From an uncultured Spirochaetota bacterium (GTDB lineage: Bacteria > Spirochaetota > Spirochaetia > SZUA-6 > Fen-1364): a stretch of DNA of 64,000 nt. A model generated the notes under the pieces. That model did no database searches. It saw only the letters and a program-made list of their open reading frames with translations, and was not told the origin of the DNA. The number at the start of each line of letters is the position of its first letter. The first letter of the stretch is position 1. Below, piece by piece: positions 43,465 to 57,958 of the stretch. Position numbers and translations under genes: made by a program. Location of the stretch: contig CAWAHW010000007.1 in the NCBI GenBank assembly GCA_963781885.1, forward strand, positions 32,001 through 96,000. Direction: 5' to 3'.

Positions 43465-44493
43465 GTGAAAATCGGTGCGGGCGGGATCGGCCGGGAACGG
43501 TGGCGGAGATTCAAGGCGAACCGGCGCGGCTTCGTCTCGCTCTGGATATTCCTCATCCTTTTCGGCGCGAGTCTCCTTGCCGAGCTGATCGCCAACGAGA
43601 CGCCTCTCCTCGTACGCTTCAACGGCCGGCTCTACGTGCCCCTGCTGAAGACCTTCACGGGCAGGGACTTCGGCGGGGAGTTCGGCACGGCCGCCGACTA
43701 TCGCGACCCATCGCTCGTGACGCTCATCTCCGCAAAGGGGTGGATGCTCTGGCCGCCGATCCACTTCCGTTTTGACACGATCAATTATGACCTTCCCAGC
43801 CCTGCGCCGTCCCCCCCCAGCAGCGTGAACTGGCTGGGCACAGATGAGAACGGCAAGGACGTCCTTGCCATCCTGATCTACGGCTTCCGCATCTCGGTGC
43901 TCTTCGGCCTCACGCTCACCATATTCTCCAGCGCGATCGGCGTCGCCGCCGGGGCGCTGCAGGGCTACTACGGCGGACGCGTCGACATACTCGGGCAGCG
44001 ATTCATCGAGATATGGTCCGGCATGCCGACGCTCTTCCTCCTCATCATCCTCTCCAGCGTGGTGCAACCCAACTTCTGGTGGCTCCTCCTTATCACCCTG
44101 CTCTTCGGCTGGATGAGTCTCGTCGGCGTGGTGCGCGCGGAGTTCCTGCGGGCGCGCAATTTCGAGTACGTGATGGCCGCCCGCGCGCTGGGAATGAGCA
44201 ACGCGCGTATCATCTTCCGCCACATCCTGCCCAACGCAATGGTGGCCTCCCTCACCTTCATGCCTTTCATCCTCGGCGGGTCGATTACAACGCTGACGTC
44301 CCTGGATTTCCTCGGCTTCGGTCTGCCCGTCGGCTCACCGTCCCTCGGAGATCTTTTGGCCCAGGGCAAGGCGAACCTGCAGGCGCCGTGGCTGGGCATC
44401 TCGTCATTCCTGGTCCTTGCCGGCACGCTCAGTCTCCTTGTCTTCATCGGGGAGGCCGTGCGGGATGCCTATGACCCGCGGCGGGCGGTGTGA
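43465..44493 (+). CDS. yejE: ABC transporter permease YejE
   Basis: [54 protein letters not shown]. Confidence 0.92.
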   Translation: MKIGAGGIGRERWRRFKANRRGFVSLWIFLILFGASLLAELIANETPLLVRFNGRLYVPLLKTFTGRDFGGEFGTAADYRDPSLVTLISAKGWMLWPPIHFRFDTINYDLPSPAPSPPSSVNWLGTDENGKDVLAILIYGFRISVLFGLTLTIFSSAIGVAAGALQGYYGGRVDILGQRFIEIWSGMPTLFLLIILSSVVQPNFWWLLLITLLFGWMSLVGVVRAEFLRARNFEYVMAARALGMSNARIIFRHILPNAMVASLTFMPFILGGSITTLTSLDFLGFGLPVGSPSLGDLLAQGKANLQAPWLGISSFLVLAGTLSLLVFIGEAVRDAYDPRRAV

Positions 44494-46133
44494 TGGCGCC
44501 GAACGGGCGTGAGGCGTCGGCCGGCGCGGCGCTGCTTCGCATCAGCAATCTCCACATCGGATTCCGACGGGCAGGAGAGGTCAGGCGCGTCGTGCACGGC
44601 GCGGACTTCGAGCTTGCGGCAAAAGAGACGCTGGCGCTCGTGGGGGAAAGCGGGTCGGGAAAGACCGTGACCGCCCAGGCGGTCCTGCGCCTGATACCGG
44701 AAAGCCTCATTGCGTATCCCGAGGGAACGGTGGAGTTCCTGGGTCGGGACGTACTTGCGATGAGCCCGCGCGAGCTCCTGGGCATCCGCGGCAGCGAGAT
44801 CGGCATGATATTCCAGGAGCCCATGTCGTCCCTTAATCCCCTCCATACCATCGAGAAGCAGATCGTGGAGACCCTGACCCTCCACCAGGGGCTCGCGCGG
44901 AACCGCGCCACGTCGGTTGCACTGGAGTGGCTCCTGCGCGTGGGTCTGCGCGATCCCGAGAAGCGCCTCAGGGCCTATCCCCACCAGCTCTCCGGCGGGG
45001 AGCGTCAGCGCGTCATGATCGCCATGGCCCTTGCCAACAGGCCGCGGCTTCTCATTGCCGACGAGCCGACGACGGCGCTGGACGTGACGATACAGGCGCA
45101 GATACTCGGGCTCATCAAGGCGCTGCAGCGGGAGCTGGGCATGGCGGTGCTCTTCATCACGCACAATCTCGGCATCGTGCGCCGGTTTGCCGACAGGGTC
45201 GCCGTCATGCACGACGGAAGGATCGTGGAGACGGGCCCGACGGACGCGATTTTCCGCTCCCCGGCGGACGCCTACACGAGGTCGCTCCTGGCCACCGAGA
45301 CGCGCGGCGACCCGCCCGCGGCCGATCCTGCACGGCCGATGCTCCTGGCCGCGGAGAATCTCAAGGTCTGGTTTCCCGTGCAGACCGGATTCCTTCGCCG
45401 CACAAAGGGCTACGTGAAGGCTGTCGACGGCGTGTCGTTCGCGCTGCGCCGCGGGGAAACGCTGGGCATCGCGGGGGAGAGCGGGTCGGGCAAGACGACG
45501 CTGGGCCGCGCCTTGCTGCGCCTCGTGCCCAGCACGGGTACGATCGTCTTTGATACGTCGCGTGTCGACCGTCTCTCCGCCCGCGAGATGCGCCCCTTGC
45601 GGCGCCGCCTGCAGATCATTTTCCAGGATCCGTTCGGAAGCCTGAGCCCGCGCATGTCGGTGGAGCAGATCATCGGCGAGGGGCTTTTTGTCCACGATAT
45701 CGGCGATCCGGGCGAGCGGGAGAAGCGGATCGTCGATGCGATGCAGGAGGTGGGACTGGATCCCGCGCAACGCCACAGGTACCCGCACGAGTTCTCCGGC
45801 GGGCAGAGACAAAGGATCGCTCTGGCGCGGGCGCTCGTTCTGAAGCCGTCCATTCTCGTGCTCGACGAGCCGACCTCATCGCTGGACCGGACCGTCCAGT
45901 TCCAGGTCATCGAGCTCCTGATCAGGCTCCAGCGGGAGCACGGCCTCACCTACATCTTCATCAGCCACGACCTGTCGGTGCTGCAGTCGATCTGTCACGA
46001 GCTTGCCGTCATGCGCAACGGGGTGATCGTTGAAGTCGGGCCCCGCGCGCGAGGTCTTTGCCGCCCCGCGGCATCCCTACACGCGGGAGCTGATCACGAC
46101 TGCGTTCGAGACGCTGGCAACCTGACGCGATAG
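44490..46133 (+). CDS. yejF: ABC transporter double ATPase YejF (probable frameshift near the C-terminus)
   Basis: Two GESGSGKT Walker A motifs and LSGGERQR / FSGGQRQR signatures. Confidence 0.9.
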   Translation: MMAPNGREASAGAALLRISNLHIGFRRAGEVRRVVHGADFELAAKETLALVGESGSGKTVTAQAVLRLIPESLIAYPEGTVEFLGRDVLAMSPRELLGIRGSEIGMIFQEPMSSLNPLHTIEKQIVETLTLHQGLARNRATSVALEWLLRVGLRDPEKRLRAYPHQLSGGERQRVMIAMALANRPRLLIADEPTTALDVTIQAQILGLIKALQRELGMAVLFITHNLGIVRRFADRVAVMHDGRIVETGPTDAIFRSPADAYTRSLLATETRGDPPAADPARPMLLAAENLKVWFPVQTGFLRRTKGYVKAVDGVSFALRRGETLGIAGESGSGKTTLGRALLRLVPSTGTIVFDTSRVDRLSAREMRPLRRRLQIIFQDPFGSLSPRMSVEQIIGEGLFVHDIGDPGEREKRIVDAMQEVGLDPAQRHRYPHEFSGGQRQRIALARALVLKPSILVLDEPTSSLDRTVQFQVIELLIRLQREHGLTYIFISHDLSVLQSICHELAVMRNGVIVEVGPRARGLCRPAASLHAGADHDCVRDAGNLTR

Positions 46134-48578
<2,445 letters not shown>

Positions 48579-48581
48579 GTT

Positions 48582-48624
48582 ACGGGCCCTAAGGGCGCAC
48601 CTTCGGCGCGCCCTTAGGGCCCGT
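48582..48624 (+). terminator. Strong GC hairpin after katG
   Basis: ACGGGCCCTAAGGGCGC-acCTTCGGc-GCGCCCTTAGGGCCCGT; no clear U tract. Confidence 0.6.
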
Positions 48625-48933
48625 CTCGCGGCGACATGACCAAGCATAAGGTACGCCAGAATACCGGTCGTTCTCATCGTATGCCGACCAAGCACCGACG
48701 AAGAGACGATACGACCCCACCCGCAAAGGAAATCATCGCCAGGGGTCATCACCCGTTCACGGGAATGGGAGAGGCGGACTCCATCGCCTCATGAACAAAA
48801 ACAGTGGGCTGCTTTCAGCCCGTTGCCAATCTTCTCTTCGACTTTCGTGAGAATGTGTCTATTGTCCTCGTGCCGGGCCCCAACCGTCTCCGTCCTTGAC
48901 TTCGTTCGGCGGCCCAAGTACCTTGGGTTTGCA

Positions 48934-48990
48934 TATTTGGCGATGGAGTTCGCCGTTCAACCGCCCGTGGAGGGCTGATAACTCCTACAC
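48934..48990 (+). ncRNA. Fluoride (crcB) riboswitch
   Basis: GGCGATGGAGTTCGCC..AACCGC..GCTGATAACTCCTAC matches the crcB consensus, about 30 nt upstream of a transporter start. Confidence 0.9.
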
Positions 48991-49019
48991 ACCAACTCGT
49001 TGTGTAAGGAGGACTGCCC

Positions 49020-50225
49020 TTGGAACCCATTTTTGTTCTCGCCGGCATTTGGCCTCTCATCGCGGTCGTTGCGGCGATAATCGCGTATCACCTGGACATC
49101 TCGATCGCGCTCGTTGAGATCATCATTGGCGTCGCCGCGGGAGCCGTTGCCGACCATTTCTTCGGAAAAGACTCCCTCGGGAGCACTCAGCCCTGGCTGC
49201 AGTTCCTTGCTTCCATTGGCGCGGTTCTGCTGACTTTCCTCGCGGGAGCGGAATTGGATCCCGCTGTGATGCGGACCAAGCTGAAGGAAGTCTCGGTCAT
49301 CGGGATCATCGGCTTTGCAGCTCCGTTTGCTGGCGGCACGGCTGTCGCCCGTTTCCTTCTGGGATGGACCATTCCCTCGAGTCTTCTTGGCGGGATCGCC
49401 CTTTCTACCACTTCCATGGCCGTCGTGTACGCGGTCATGCTCGAGACGGGGCTTAACAAGACCGACTTCGGCAAGGGAATTCTCGGCGCCTGTTTCGTCA
49501 ACGACCTTGGCACCGTCATCGCCCTGGGCCTGATGTTTTCGCCATTCACGTGGAAGACTCTCGTGTTCATTGGTGCAAGCGGGGTCGTCATCGGCACGCT
49601 TCCGATCGTGACGCGGTTCCTGACCCGGGTATACGGAAACCGCACCGCCGCCATAAGGACAAAGTGGATTCTCGCGGTCCTGCTGGGATTGGGGGGCCTG
49701 GCGTACTGGTCGGGCAGCGAGGCAGTTCTTCCGGCCTACGTCGTCGGGATCGTTCTCGCGGAGTTCGCCAACGCGGAGCACCAATGGCTTCGGCGGCTGC
49801 GCACGCTCACAACTGGCTTCCTCACGCCCTTCTATTTCATCAGGGCAGGTTCCTTCGTTTCCGTCCCGGCCCTGATAGCGGCGCCGGCTGCTTTTCTTCT
49901 GCTCTTCCTTGCCAAGATTCTCTCAAAGATCTTTGGCCTCTTCCCGGTCATCTCGCGTTTCAAGAAGCAGCCCCAGGAGCGGTGGTACTACACGCTCATG
50001 ATGTCGACCGGGTTGACCTTTGGCACGATTTCTGCCCTGTACGGTTTCAGCCACGGCATCATTGATCAAGCGCAGTATTCCGCTCTCGTGACGACTGTCA
50101 TTGGAAGCGCGGTGATTCCCACCCTTATCGCAGGGCGCCTGTTCCTGCCCCGCCACCTCCTGACGCCCGTGGAGCTCAAGAGGCACGTGGTGCGGGTCCC
50201 TGAAGGGAGCCCTGCCGACGAATGA
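49020..50225 (+). CDS. Cation:proton antiporter (Na+/H+ exchanger family)
   Basis: Polytopic protein with LTFLAGAELD, GIALSTTSMAVVY, ACFVNDLGTV. TTG start with AAGGAGG RBS. Confidence 0.9.
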   Translation: MEPIFVLAGIWPLIAVVAAIIAYHLDISIALVEIIIGVAAGAVADHFFGKDSLGSTQPWLQFLASIGAVLLTFLAGAELDPAVMRTKLKEVSVIGIIGFAAPFAGGTAVARFLLGWTIPSSLLGGIALSTTSMAVVYAVMLETGLNKTDFGKGILGACFVNDLGTVIALGLMFSPFTWKTLVFIGASGVVIGTLPIVTRFLTRVYGNRTAAIRTKWILAVLLGLGGLAYWSGSEAVLPAYVVGIVLAEFANAEHQWLRRLRTLTTGFLTPFYFIRAGSFVSVPALIAAPAAFLLLFLAKILSKIFGLFPVISRFKKQPQERWYYTLMMSTGLTFGTISALYGFSHGIIDQAQYSALVTTVIGSAVIPTLIAGRLFLPRHLLTPVELKRHVVRVPEGSPADE

Positions 50226-50260
50226 CACGTTGCTGCGCCCCGTCGCGTCGCTTTCGCTGT

Positions 50261-50345
50261 TGCCGGCGGTCGGACTTGAACCGACACGGGCGTTGCCACC
50301 CACCAGATTTTGAGTCTGGCATGTCTGCCATTTCATCACGCCGGC
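50261..50345 (-). tRNA. tRNA-Leu(CAA)
   Basis: GCCGGCG acceptor stem, CCAGA-CTCAAAA-TCTGG anticodon arm, long variable arm, GGTTCAAGTCC T-loop; CCA not encoded. Confidence 0.95.
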
Positions 50346-50476
50346 GTAGGGGTCGAGCATAGACGGGGCCCGGCGGGGTGTCAACAAAGCCGCCGGTTGG
50401 AGGCAGACCGCCGGCATCTGGCCGCAACGTCTGCGCGCTTGCCTCCGTATGCCGATTCCGGTAGGGTAGGGAATCG

Positions 50477-50550
50477 GGGCCCATAGCTCAGTTGGTTAGA
50501 GCGGCGGACTCATAATCCGTTGGTCCGGGGTTCAAGTCCCTGTGGGCCCA
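50477..50550 (+). tRNA. tRNA with CAT anticodon (probably Ile2, possibly elongator Met)
   Basis: GGGCCCA-TAGCTCAGTTGGTTAGAGC...CTCATAA...GGTTCAAGTCC-TGGGCCCA; CCA not encoded. Confidence 0.92.
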
Positions 50551-50585
50551 CTATTCTCGCGGCGCCCTGCGCGGACCGAAGCGGA

Positions 50586-53500
50586 CTATTTCTCCATCAT
50601 CGCCTTCACGCGCGCCAGCAGGTCGTCGGGCCGGAAGGGCTTGCTCAGGAAGGGGAGCGATGAGGCGCTTTCAGACGAACGGAAGCGCGCATCGTCCGTG
50701 TAGCCTGACATGTAGAGGATGGGGAGCTTCGGCCGGGTGCGTGCAAGGCGCTCGCCCATCTCGATGCCGCTCATGCCGCCGGGCATGACGACGTCGGTCA
50801 CGACCAGGTCGAGCGCGGCGTTGCCTTCCGCGACAAGAAGCGCCTCGCGGGCCGATGCCACGGGCGTCACCGTATAGCCGCCGCGCTCCAGCACCTTGCG
50901 GGCCAGCTCGCGGACATTCGTTTCGTCCTCCACCAGAAGGACGGCGCCGCTGCCGGCCGAGAGGACGCGCGGCGCTTCCTCGACCGCGGCCGCGGCCCGC
51001 GAGGCGGGGATGTGCGGAAGAAACACGGTGAACGTGCTTCCCTCGTTCTCGGCGCTCTGCACCCTGATGCCGCCACCGGACTGCGTGACGATTCCGTAGA
51101 CCGTCGAAAGCCCCAGCCCCGTGCCCTTTCCCTCGTCCTTCGTCGTGAAGAAGGGCTCGAAGATGTGCGCCCGCGTGTCCTCCGACATTCCCACGCCAAA
51201 GTCCTGGATCCGCAAGATCGCCCACTTGCCCGGCGGCACGTCAGGGGGAAGCTTTGCGCGCGCGGCGAGCCCCCCGTCCGCCTGTGTGACGACGCCGGAC
51301 GGCCCCACTTCAACCGGGCCGGTCTCCATGATCAGCCTCCCTCCGTGCGGCATTGCGTCGCGCGCGTTCACGGCGAGATTCATGAGGATCTGGTCGATCT
51401 GCGCGTGGTCCGCGCGGATGCACAGTTCGTCCTGCGCGAGGCGCACCTCCAGGTCGATGTCCTCGCCGATGAGGGGACGCAGCAGCGTGACGGAGGTCGC
51501 CACGAGCTTGTTCAGGTCCAGGACCGCGGGCTGGAGGATCTGCTTGCGGCTGAAGGCGAGCAGCCGGCTCGTGAGCGCGGAGGCGCGCTTGATCGTCGTG
51601 CGGATCTGGCCGAGGTCCGCGAGCGCCGCCTCATTGTCCTGCAGGTTGTCGGACAGGAGGCTCGTGTACCCCGAGATCACGGTCATGAGGTTGTTGAAAT
51701 CGTGGGCGATGCCGCCTGCCAGCCGGCCGATGGCCTCCATCTTCTGCGACTGGAGGAGCTGTTCCTGCGTCTGGCGAAGCTGCTGGATGGTCCCTTCCAG
51801 ATCGCGCATGAGCCGCGTCTTGCGCCACGCGGCGGCCGCCTGGTGCGTGAAGGCCGTGAAGATCTGCAGGTCCTCGGGGCCCAGGTCCTCACCCGAGATC
51901 GCCAGGAGCCCGAGCGGGGCATCGCCGACGAGCAGGGGCGCGAGAATGACGCCGTAGGCGGGTGCCGCCTCCCCGACGGGACCCGGCGCCGCCGGGCAGC
52001 TCGAAGAGCAGCTCGATTGCCGCTCCTCCGAGCGTCGTGAAGAGCGCCGTGCGCCCCTCCATGGCCTGGGCGACCTCGGGGATGCCCTCCGTGGGAAGCC
52101 AGGGGCTTTCGTCGTCGGCCGCGCCGACGGTGACCTCGGTCGTGCGTCCGCTGCCACGGCAGTGCACGCGCAGCGATGGGTCCGAATCGGACTCGATGAT
52201 GAACACCGCCGAATCGAAACCGAGCCCCGCCAGGACGCGCACCGCGGAGGGGAAGATCTCCGCTGGCGTGAGCGCCTGTTCCATGGCGAGGGTGGCGGCA
52301 TTCAGCGACTGCAGGAGGCGCTCGGTGCGCTTGCGGGCGGAGATGTCCGTGACGATGCCGAGGATGGCGGGCCTGCCGTCGTAGTGGATGAGCTTCGTCG
52401 TGAGGATGGCGTCGATGTTCTTGCCCCCATGGGCGACAAACACGCATTCGTAGGGGGGGACCTCCTCGGCGCGCAGGTGCCGGTCGAAGCCCTGGACGAT
52501 GACCGAGCCGTAGCCGGGCGCGGTGAGCCTGCGGAAGTCGAATCCCGGGGCGTATATCTCGGCGCGCGTCCAGCCCAGCATCGTCTCGCACTGCTGGTTG
52601 GCATAGACCATGCGCCCGTCGGCGTGGATGAAGATCATGTTCGGCGACTGCTCGGCGAGATTGCGGAACTTCTCCTCCGACTCGCGGAGCACCTTCTCCG
52701 TCCGCTGGCGCACGGAAAGCTCCGTGCGGACCTCCTCGTACAGCCGCGCATTCTCCACCGCGATCGCCACCTGGTCGGCGATCGTGGAGGCCAGGAGCAG
52801 GTCGTCGGCATCGTAGCGGTGGGCGCGGTAGGTCTGCACGCTCATCACGCCCGTGATGCGCTCCCCGATGAGCATCGGCACGCCGATCCACGAGGTGGGG
52901 ATCTTGCCCGTGCCCCAGGCGCGCGGCGTCGAGCCCTGCGTGGTCTCCCGCGTGACGTCGTTCACCAGGAGGGGAGAGCGAGCGGCGACGACGCGCGAGG
53001 TGAGGCTCTTGCCCATGGGCTCGCGGACGGGCGGCTCCCTCTTTCCCTCGTCCACCTGGATGCGGAAATCCAGCACGTCCGCCGGGGCGTCATAGAGGGC
53101 GATGAAGAAGGCGTCCGCCTCGAAGATGCGCGCGACCTCGCGGTAGACGATCTCCAGCAGGTCGTCGAGGTCGAGCACCGCTCCTGCCGCCGATGCGATG
53201 CGGTTGACCAGGGAGAGGCGCTCGGCGCGGCGCCGGGTCTCGTCGTACAGACGGGCATTCTCGATCGCGCTGGAGAGCTGGTCCGCGATGGTCTGGAGGG
53301 TGAGGAGGTCCTTGTCGCCGAACTGGTCGAGGTTGGCGCTCTGGACGTCGATCACGCCGATCACCTTGTCGCCGCGCACGATCGGCACGGCGAGCTCGGA
53401 CCGGGTCTTTCCGGGAAGGAGCTCCACGTAGCGCGGCTCCTTGCGCACGTCGCCCACCAGGAGGGGCTGGCCGGAGCCCGCCACCCATCCGCAGATACCC

Positions 53501-54414
53501 TCGGCGCCGACCTTCAGACGGTGGACGCCGGGCGTGAGGGCCGCGGTTGGCAGGGTGGTCGAGCGCAGGACGAGGTCCTCGCCGTCGACGAGCAGGATGG
53601 CAACGGTGTAATAGTCGAAGGTGTCCCGGATCCGCATCGCTGCCTGGTTGAAAAGCTCGTCGAGCTCCAGGAGGTTCGCGGTGCGGCGGCTGATCTCGGA
53701 GATGAGCTCCTGCCGATGCGCCCGTTCACGGAGGTCGGCGGTCAGGTCGTGCAGCGGGTTAAAGAGGCGCCACCGCATGATCCTCCAGCCCATGATGCCC
53801 ATGCTCGCCGCGCTCGTGACCGGCAGCAGGGAGAGCGAAGGGGAGATGATGCCGCTCACGAGGCACCCGACGAACAGGAGGATCGCGCCCGCGGCGAAGT
53901 AGGGGTCGCTCGCCTGCCGACGGCCGGAATAGAGAACGACGATCGACGTGAGGAGCACCGCGGCGGAGGCGAAGGCGGTCGCATAGCCCCAGGTCGTGAA
54001 GGAATAGACGATGCCGCCGGCAGCGGTCATCGCGGGAGCAAAGACAAGGCGGCCCTGGAAAAGCGGCCGGAGATGCACGACGAGCGCGGCGAAAGCCGCC
54101 CCGGCGACGAACAGAGGCCAACGTCTGCGCGCGCGCATGTAGTGCGTGGAGAAGACGAGGAGGGAGATGCCGAGCAGGGCGAAGAAGATGATGCTGAAGG
54201 AGAGAAAGACGGGGGGACGGCCGACGTGGAACCAGAGCGAGAGGCGCAGGAGGATGAAGCTGACCGACCACCCGGTCTCAGAAAGCGTGAAGAGCACGAA
54301 GGCGCGATTGAGCCTCTTGCGGATTCCGGCCCCGCCGACGATGAGCAGGAGCGCCGTGGAGAGCGACAGGGCGAGAGACAGGCAGACAATGTCGAGCACA
54401 AGCAGGGCCGGCAT
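50586..54414 (-). CDS. Membrane hybrid histidine kinase (multi-TM, GAF, GAF, PAS, GAF, HisKA, HATPase, REC), frameshift near 51960
   Basis: GAF motifs (TRSELAVPI, QVAIAVENARLY), PAS, H-box GRLAGGIAHDFNN, FEPFFTTK..GTGLGL, receiver TDVVMP..KPF. Confidence 0.9.
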
Positions 54415-54478
54415 CGGGAGAATCTTCCTTAGTTAATGATCGGCACGGGCCGGCTTAATCTTCCCCGGAGACGGGGCT

Positions 54479-54964
54479 TTACCCCACCCTCTTGCCGCAG
54501 AGCGTCTCGACGCGGATGGCAATCACGCTCGTGCGGGCCAGTGACCCCGGCTCGTAAGAGGGCCTGCCGGGAGCGCCGGTGTAGTGGCGCATGATCGCAT
54601 CCAGTCCGCGTCGGCGCTCCTCGTCGTCTTCCACGATGCGCGCGGTTCCCGTTCCGACGATGCTCCGCCCCGTGCAGGAAAAGCCGCACGCCGCGTTTCC
54701 CGCAACCACGCTCATCTCGGTTGCCGCGCTGAAGCCGACGGAGGCGTGCGCGGTCAGGAGATCGATCTTCGCTCCCTCCCGTGCGCCGTGCACATACAGG
54801 ATGCCGTCCACGACGCCGAAGCAGACGGGCAGCACATACGGGGCAGGGGTGTCGGCGAGCGCAAGAAAGAGGAGCTTCGCCTCGGAGAGGATGGCGTCCA
54901 ATTCGCCGGGTTCAGTGATCTCCCGCGCGGAACGCCGCAGGGGTCGGGTGTGCGTGCCCTTCAT
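54479..54964 (-). CDS. Pyridoxamine 5'-phosphate oxidase-like (NimA-type) flavin-binding protein
   Basis: LRRSAREI, PYVLPVCFG, LYVHGAREGAKIDLL, GKR C-terminus. Confidence 0.85.
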   Translation of the reverse strand: MKGTHTRPLRRSAREITEPGELDAILSEAKLLFLALADTPAPYVLPVCFGVVDGILYVHGAREGAKIDLLTAHASVGFSAATEMSVVAGNAACGFSCTGRSIVGTGTARIVEDDEERRRGLDAIMRHYTGAPGRPSYEPGSLARTSVIAIRVETLCGKRVG

Positions 54965-54976
54965 GCCGCGCGCCGC

Positions 54977-55946
54977 TCAGGCGAAGCGTTCCTGCTCTTC
55001 CGCGGGGTCTTCGCAAAGGAGGCTGTCGAGCCGGCGCAGCGTGCGGAAATAGTCCTTCTCCTCGAATATGCCGCCGAACCGGAAGATGGACGCCATGCGC
55101 GGCGGGAGCGCTTCCACGACGGCGCGGGACACGGAGATCGTCCCGGGTCGCGTCGCCATCTTTTCCAGGTGCGCGGCATAGTTGATGACGTCGGAGACAA
55201 TAGTACCAGTATCGATGGCGAATTTCACGCGGCCGGTGTCGATGCCGATCCGCAGGGCGACGTCGCTGGCCGGAGAGCCCGAGGCGGCGATGTTGAACAC
55301 CGGCACGGTGCTCTGCACCTCGATGGCAAAACGCACGGCGCGCGCGGCGTGATCCTTCATGGCGAACGCGATGATGCCGCCGTCACCGGCCCACGACCAG
55401 ATGCGCCCGTCCACCGCCTGGAGCTTCTCCCGCACGAAGCTCCAGAGCGTGTACACCATTTTCTCCGCGCGCTTCACGCCGAGCTTCCGCGTCTTTTCGG
55501 AGTTGCCGACGATGTCGATGCTCGCGATGGTGATGTCGTACTCCCGGCCGCTCTTGAGACAGCCCCAGTTGGGAAGGTCGTGCGGGTCCGACCGCATGGG
55601 CACGACGGCACCGGTCTTGAAGTCGTAGTGGAGCCCGGCCCGGACCAGCCGGCCCAGGAACTCCTCCAGGCCGTCCACCTGCACGGTGCGTCCCTGCACG
55701 GAGCTCTCGTCCAGCTCGACCACGAGCTTGATGAGAGACTCGAACCCGGTCGCCTCGGTCGCACTCGTTTACCAGCAGCCCCGCGCACTTGTGCGCGGAC
55801 AGGGAGATGTGGTTGCGTTTCCCCGCAACCTCGTTCGAGTCGAAGCATCCCAGTACGAGGCGCCCGAGCTCGTTGACCTCCGCCGTCTTGAAATTGGCGG
55901 CGATCAGCTCGATCAGGTCATTGCGTATCGCCGGCTCCAGCTGCAT
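54977..55946 (-). CDS. Class III nucleotide cyclase-domain protein with unknown N-terminal domain (frameshift near 55745)
   Basis: SIDIVGNS, AGDG, LRIGIDTG, SDVINYAAHLEK. Confidence 0.8.
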
Positions 55947-56106
55947 GCGCTCGTTCCTTCGTCAGTTGAGTGATATTCAGCTTATTCTATATATCTACGA
56001 TATGATTGCGAAAAAATGGAACGATTGGAGATATTGTGATTATACACACGCGGCACGAGTTGTCAATGAAAATCTGCGGGATGATGCGGCACGCATGCAG
56101 CAGGCG

Positions 56107-57158
56107 CTAGAACTTGACCTTCACTGCCGCTTTTTTCTCGTCTGAGATGAAGCTCGCGTCGAGATACGCCTGCACCTTCGCACCGTTGCGGAAATCCGAG
56201 ACATCGCTTTCACCGGTGCGTACCGCGGTGATGAATCTCTGGAATTGCGTCGGCGTGGGCCGGCAGCGGACATCCTTCCATTCCGCCTTGAGGATGGATT
56301 TGCCGCGGGTCACCCTGTAGAGGTCGTAGGAGGTGTCCAGGTCCACCTCCACGGCTCCTTCGTCGCCGTAGGCGCGCACGCGAAGGCTGTTCATTTGCCC
56401 GGTGGCCCACCTCGACGCGTGCACGGTGCCCAGGCCGCCGCCGGCGAATGTCACCGTGGAGACGAAGCTGTCGTTCGCGTCAAGGACGTAGGGCCCGATC
56501 CGGTTTCCCTTGACGCCCTTGTCGAAGGTTTTCAGGGTGCAGGCGATCTGCGCGATGTCGCCGCAGAGCAGCGCGGTGAGATCGTAGATGTGGCAGCCGA
56601 TGTCGCCCAGCGTGCCGGCGCTTCCGTGACGGATGGACAGCCGCCAGATGAGCGAGTCGCTGGTGCGCCAGTCTCCCCATGCGTCCTGCACGAGCCAGCT
56701 CTGCAGGTAGCTCGATTCGACGTGCAGGACGCGCCCGATGCCGCCCTTCTGGATCAGCGCCGCGGCTGCTTGCGCGCCGCTGGAGTTGCGGTAGGAAAAG
56801 TTGACCTGCGTGACGACCTTGCGGCGCTGCGCGGCATCCCGCATTGCGCGCGCATCGGCGAGCGTCGTTGCAAGCGGTTTCTCGCAGAGCACGGGCAGGC
56901 CGCGCGCGATTGCCGCAAGCGATATGGGCGCGTGCATCGCGTCCACGGTCACGTTGGAGATGGCATCGAGCTTCACCGCGTCCAGCATTTCACTGTAGTC
57001 GGTGAACCAGCGCGGATCTTCCACCGTGCGGCGAACGCTGCCGCTCTCTTCCCGTCGATGTCGCAGCAGGCCGCCAGCGCGACCCCCTTCATCTGTGCGA
57101 AACTCCGGGCATGCCCGGCGGCCATGCCGCCCGTGCCGATGATCCCCAACCGTATCAT
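56107..57158 (-). CDS. Gfo/Idh/MocA family oxidoreductase (frameshift near 57020)
   Basis: MIRLGIIGTGGMA, VLCEKPLA, GTLGDIGCHIYD. Confidence 0.9.
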
Positions 57159-57272
57159 GGGCGCCACTGTAGTCCCCGCACCGCACGGGGTCAATCCCGG
57201 CCCGTTCCTCTTGCGCCGCCGTGCAAACCGGACTATGCTCCTCGGGCTGCTTGTTTTCGCGAAGGAGAGATA

Positions 57273-57821
57273 ATGAAGAGGATACTGACGGGCGTTGTGC
57301 CCCTGGCGATCCTGCTTGTGCTGGCAGGGTGCGGCAGCCCGACTGTCGCGGCCAAGAAGATGGTGTCGATGGACTACAAGGGCACCCTGGCCGACGGCTC
57401 CGTGTTCAGCGAATCGCCCGCCGGACAGCCGATGGAGTTTCTTGTCGGCGGCGGCACAATCATCCCCGTGCTGGAAAAGGGGATGATGGGAATGAAGGTG
57501 GGAGACAAGAGAACCATCACCGTGAAGGCGGCCGATGCATACGGTGAATACAACAAGGCCGCGCTCCAGGAAGTCCCCAAGGGCCAGTTCCCCAAGGATT
57601 CCAAGCTCGAGGTCGGTGCGCGGTTCCAGGTGTCCGGTCCATCGGGACAGATCGCGGTCGTGACGGTCACCGCGGTGAACGCGACGACGGTGACACTGGA
57701 CTTCAACCACCCCCTGGCGGGCAAGGACCTCACTTTTGAGGTGACAGTTGTGAAGATCCGCGACGCTACCAAGGAGGAGCTCGCGGCAGCGACGCAGGCG
57801 GCACAACCCGCGCCCAAGTAG
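57273..57821 (+). CDS. FKBP-type (SlyD/SlpA-like) peptidyl-prolyl isomerase, lipoprotein
   Basis: Lipobox LAGC; YKGTLADGSVF, DAYGE, LDFNHPLAGKDLTFEV. Confidence 0.9.
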   Translation: MKRILTGVVPLAILLVLAGCGSPTVAAKKMVSMDYKGTLADGSVFSESPAGQPMEFLVGGGTIIPVLEKGMMGMKVGDKRTITVKAADAYGEYNKAALQEVPKGQFPKDSKLEVGARFQVSGPSGQIAVVTVTAVNATTVTLDFNHPLAGKDLTFEVTVVKIRDATKEELAAATQAAQPAPK

Positions 57822-57958
57822 CGCGCTGTGTTGCCGGGCCGCGATTCCTCGTCAGGGTCGCGGCCTTTTTTCTCCGCGGCGGATCGCGGCCCACGCCGCG
57901 TGGCATCATCGCACCCCAACTTTACTCCCCGCCGCGCAATCCCCTATACTTCGCTCCA

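Noticed and set aside
50261-50550. tRNAs as possible island integration sites
   Set aside because: No integrase and no duplicated tRNA 3' end noticed in the window.
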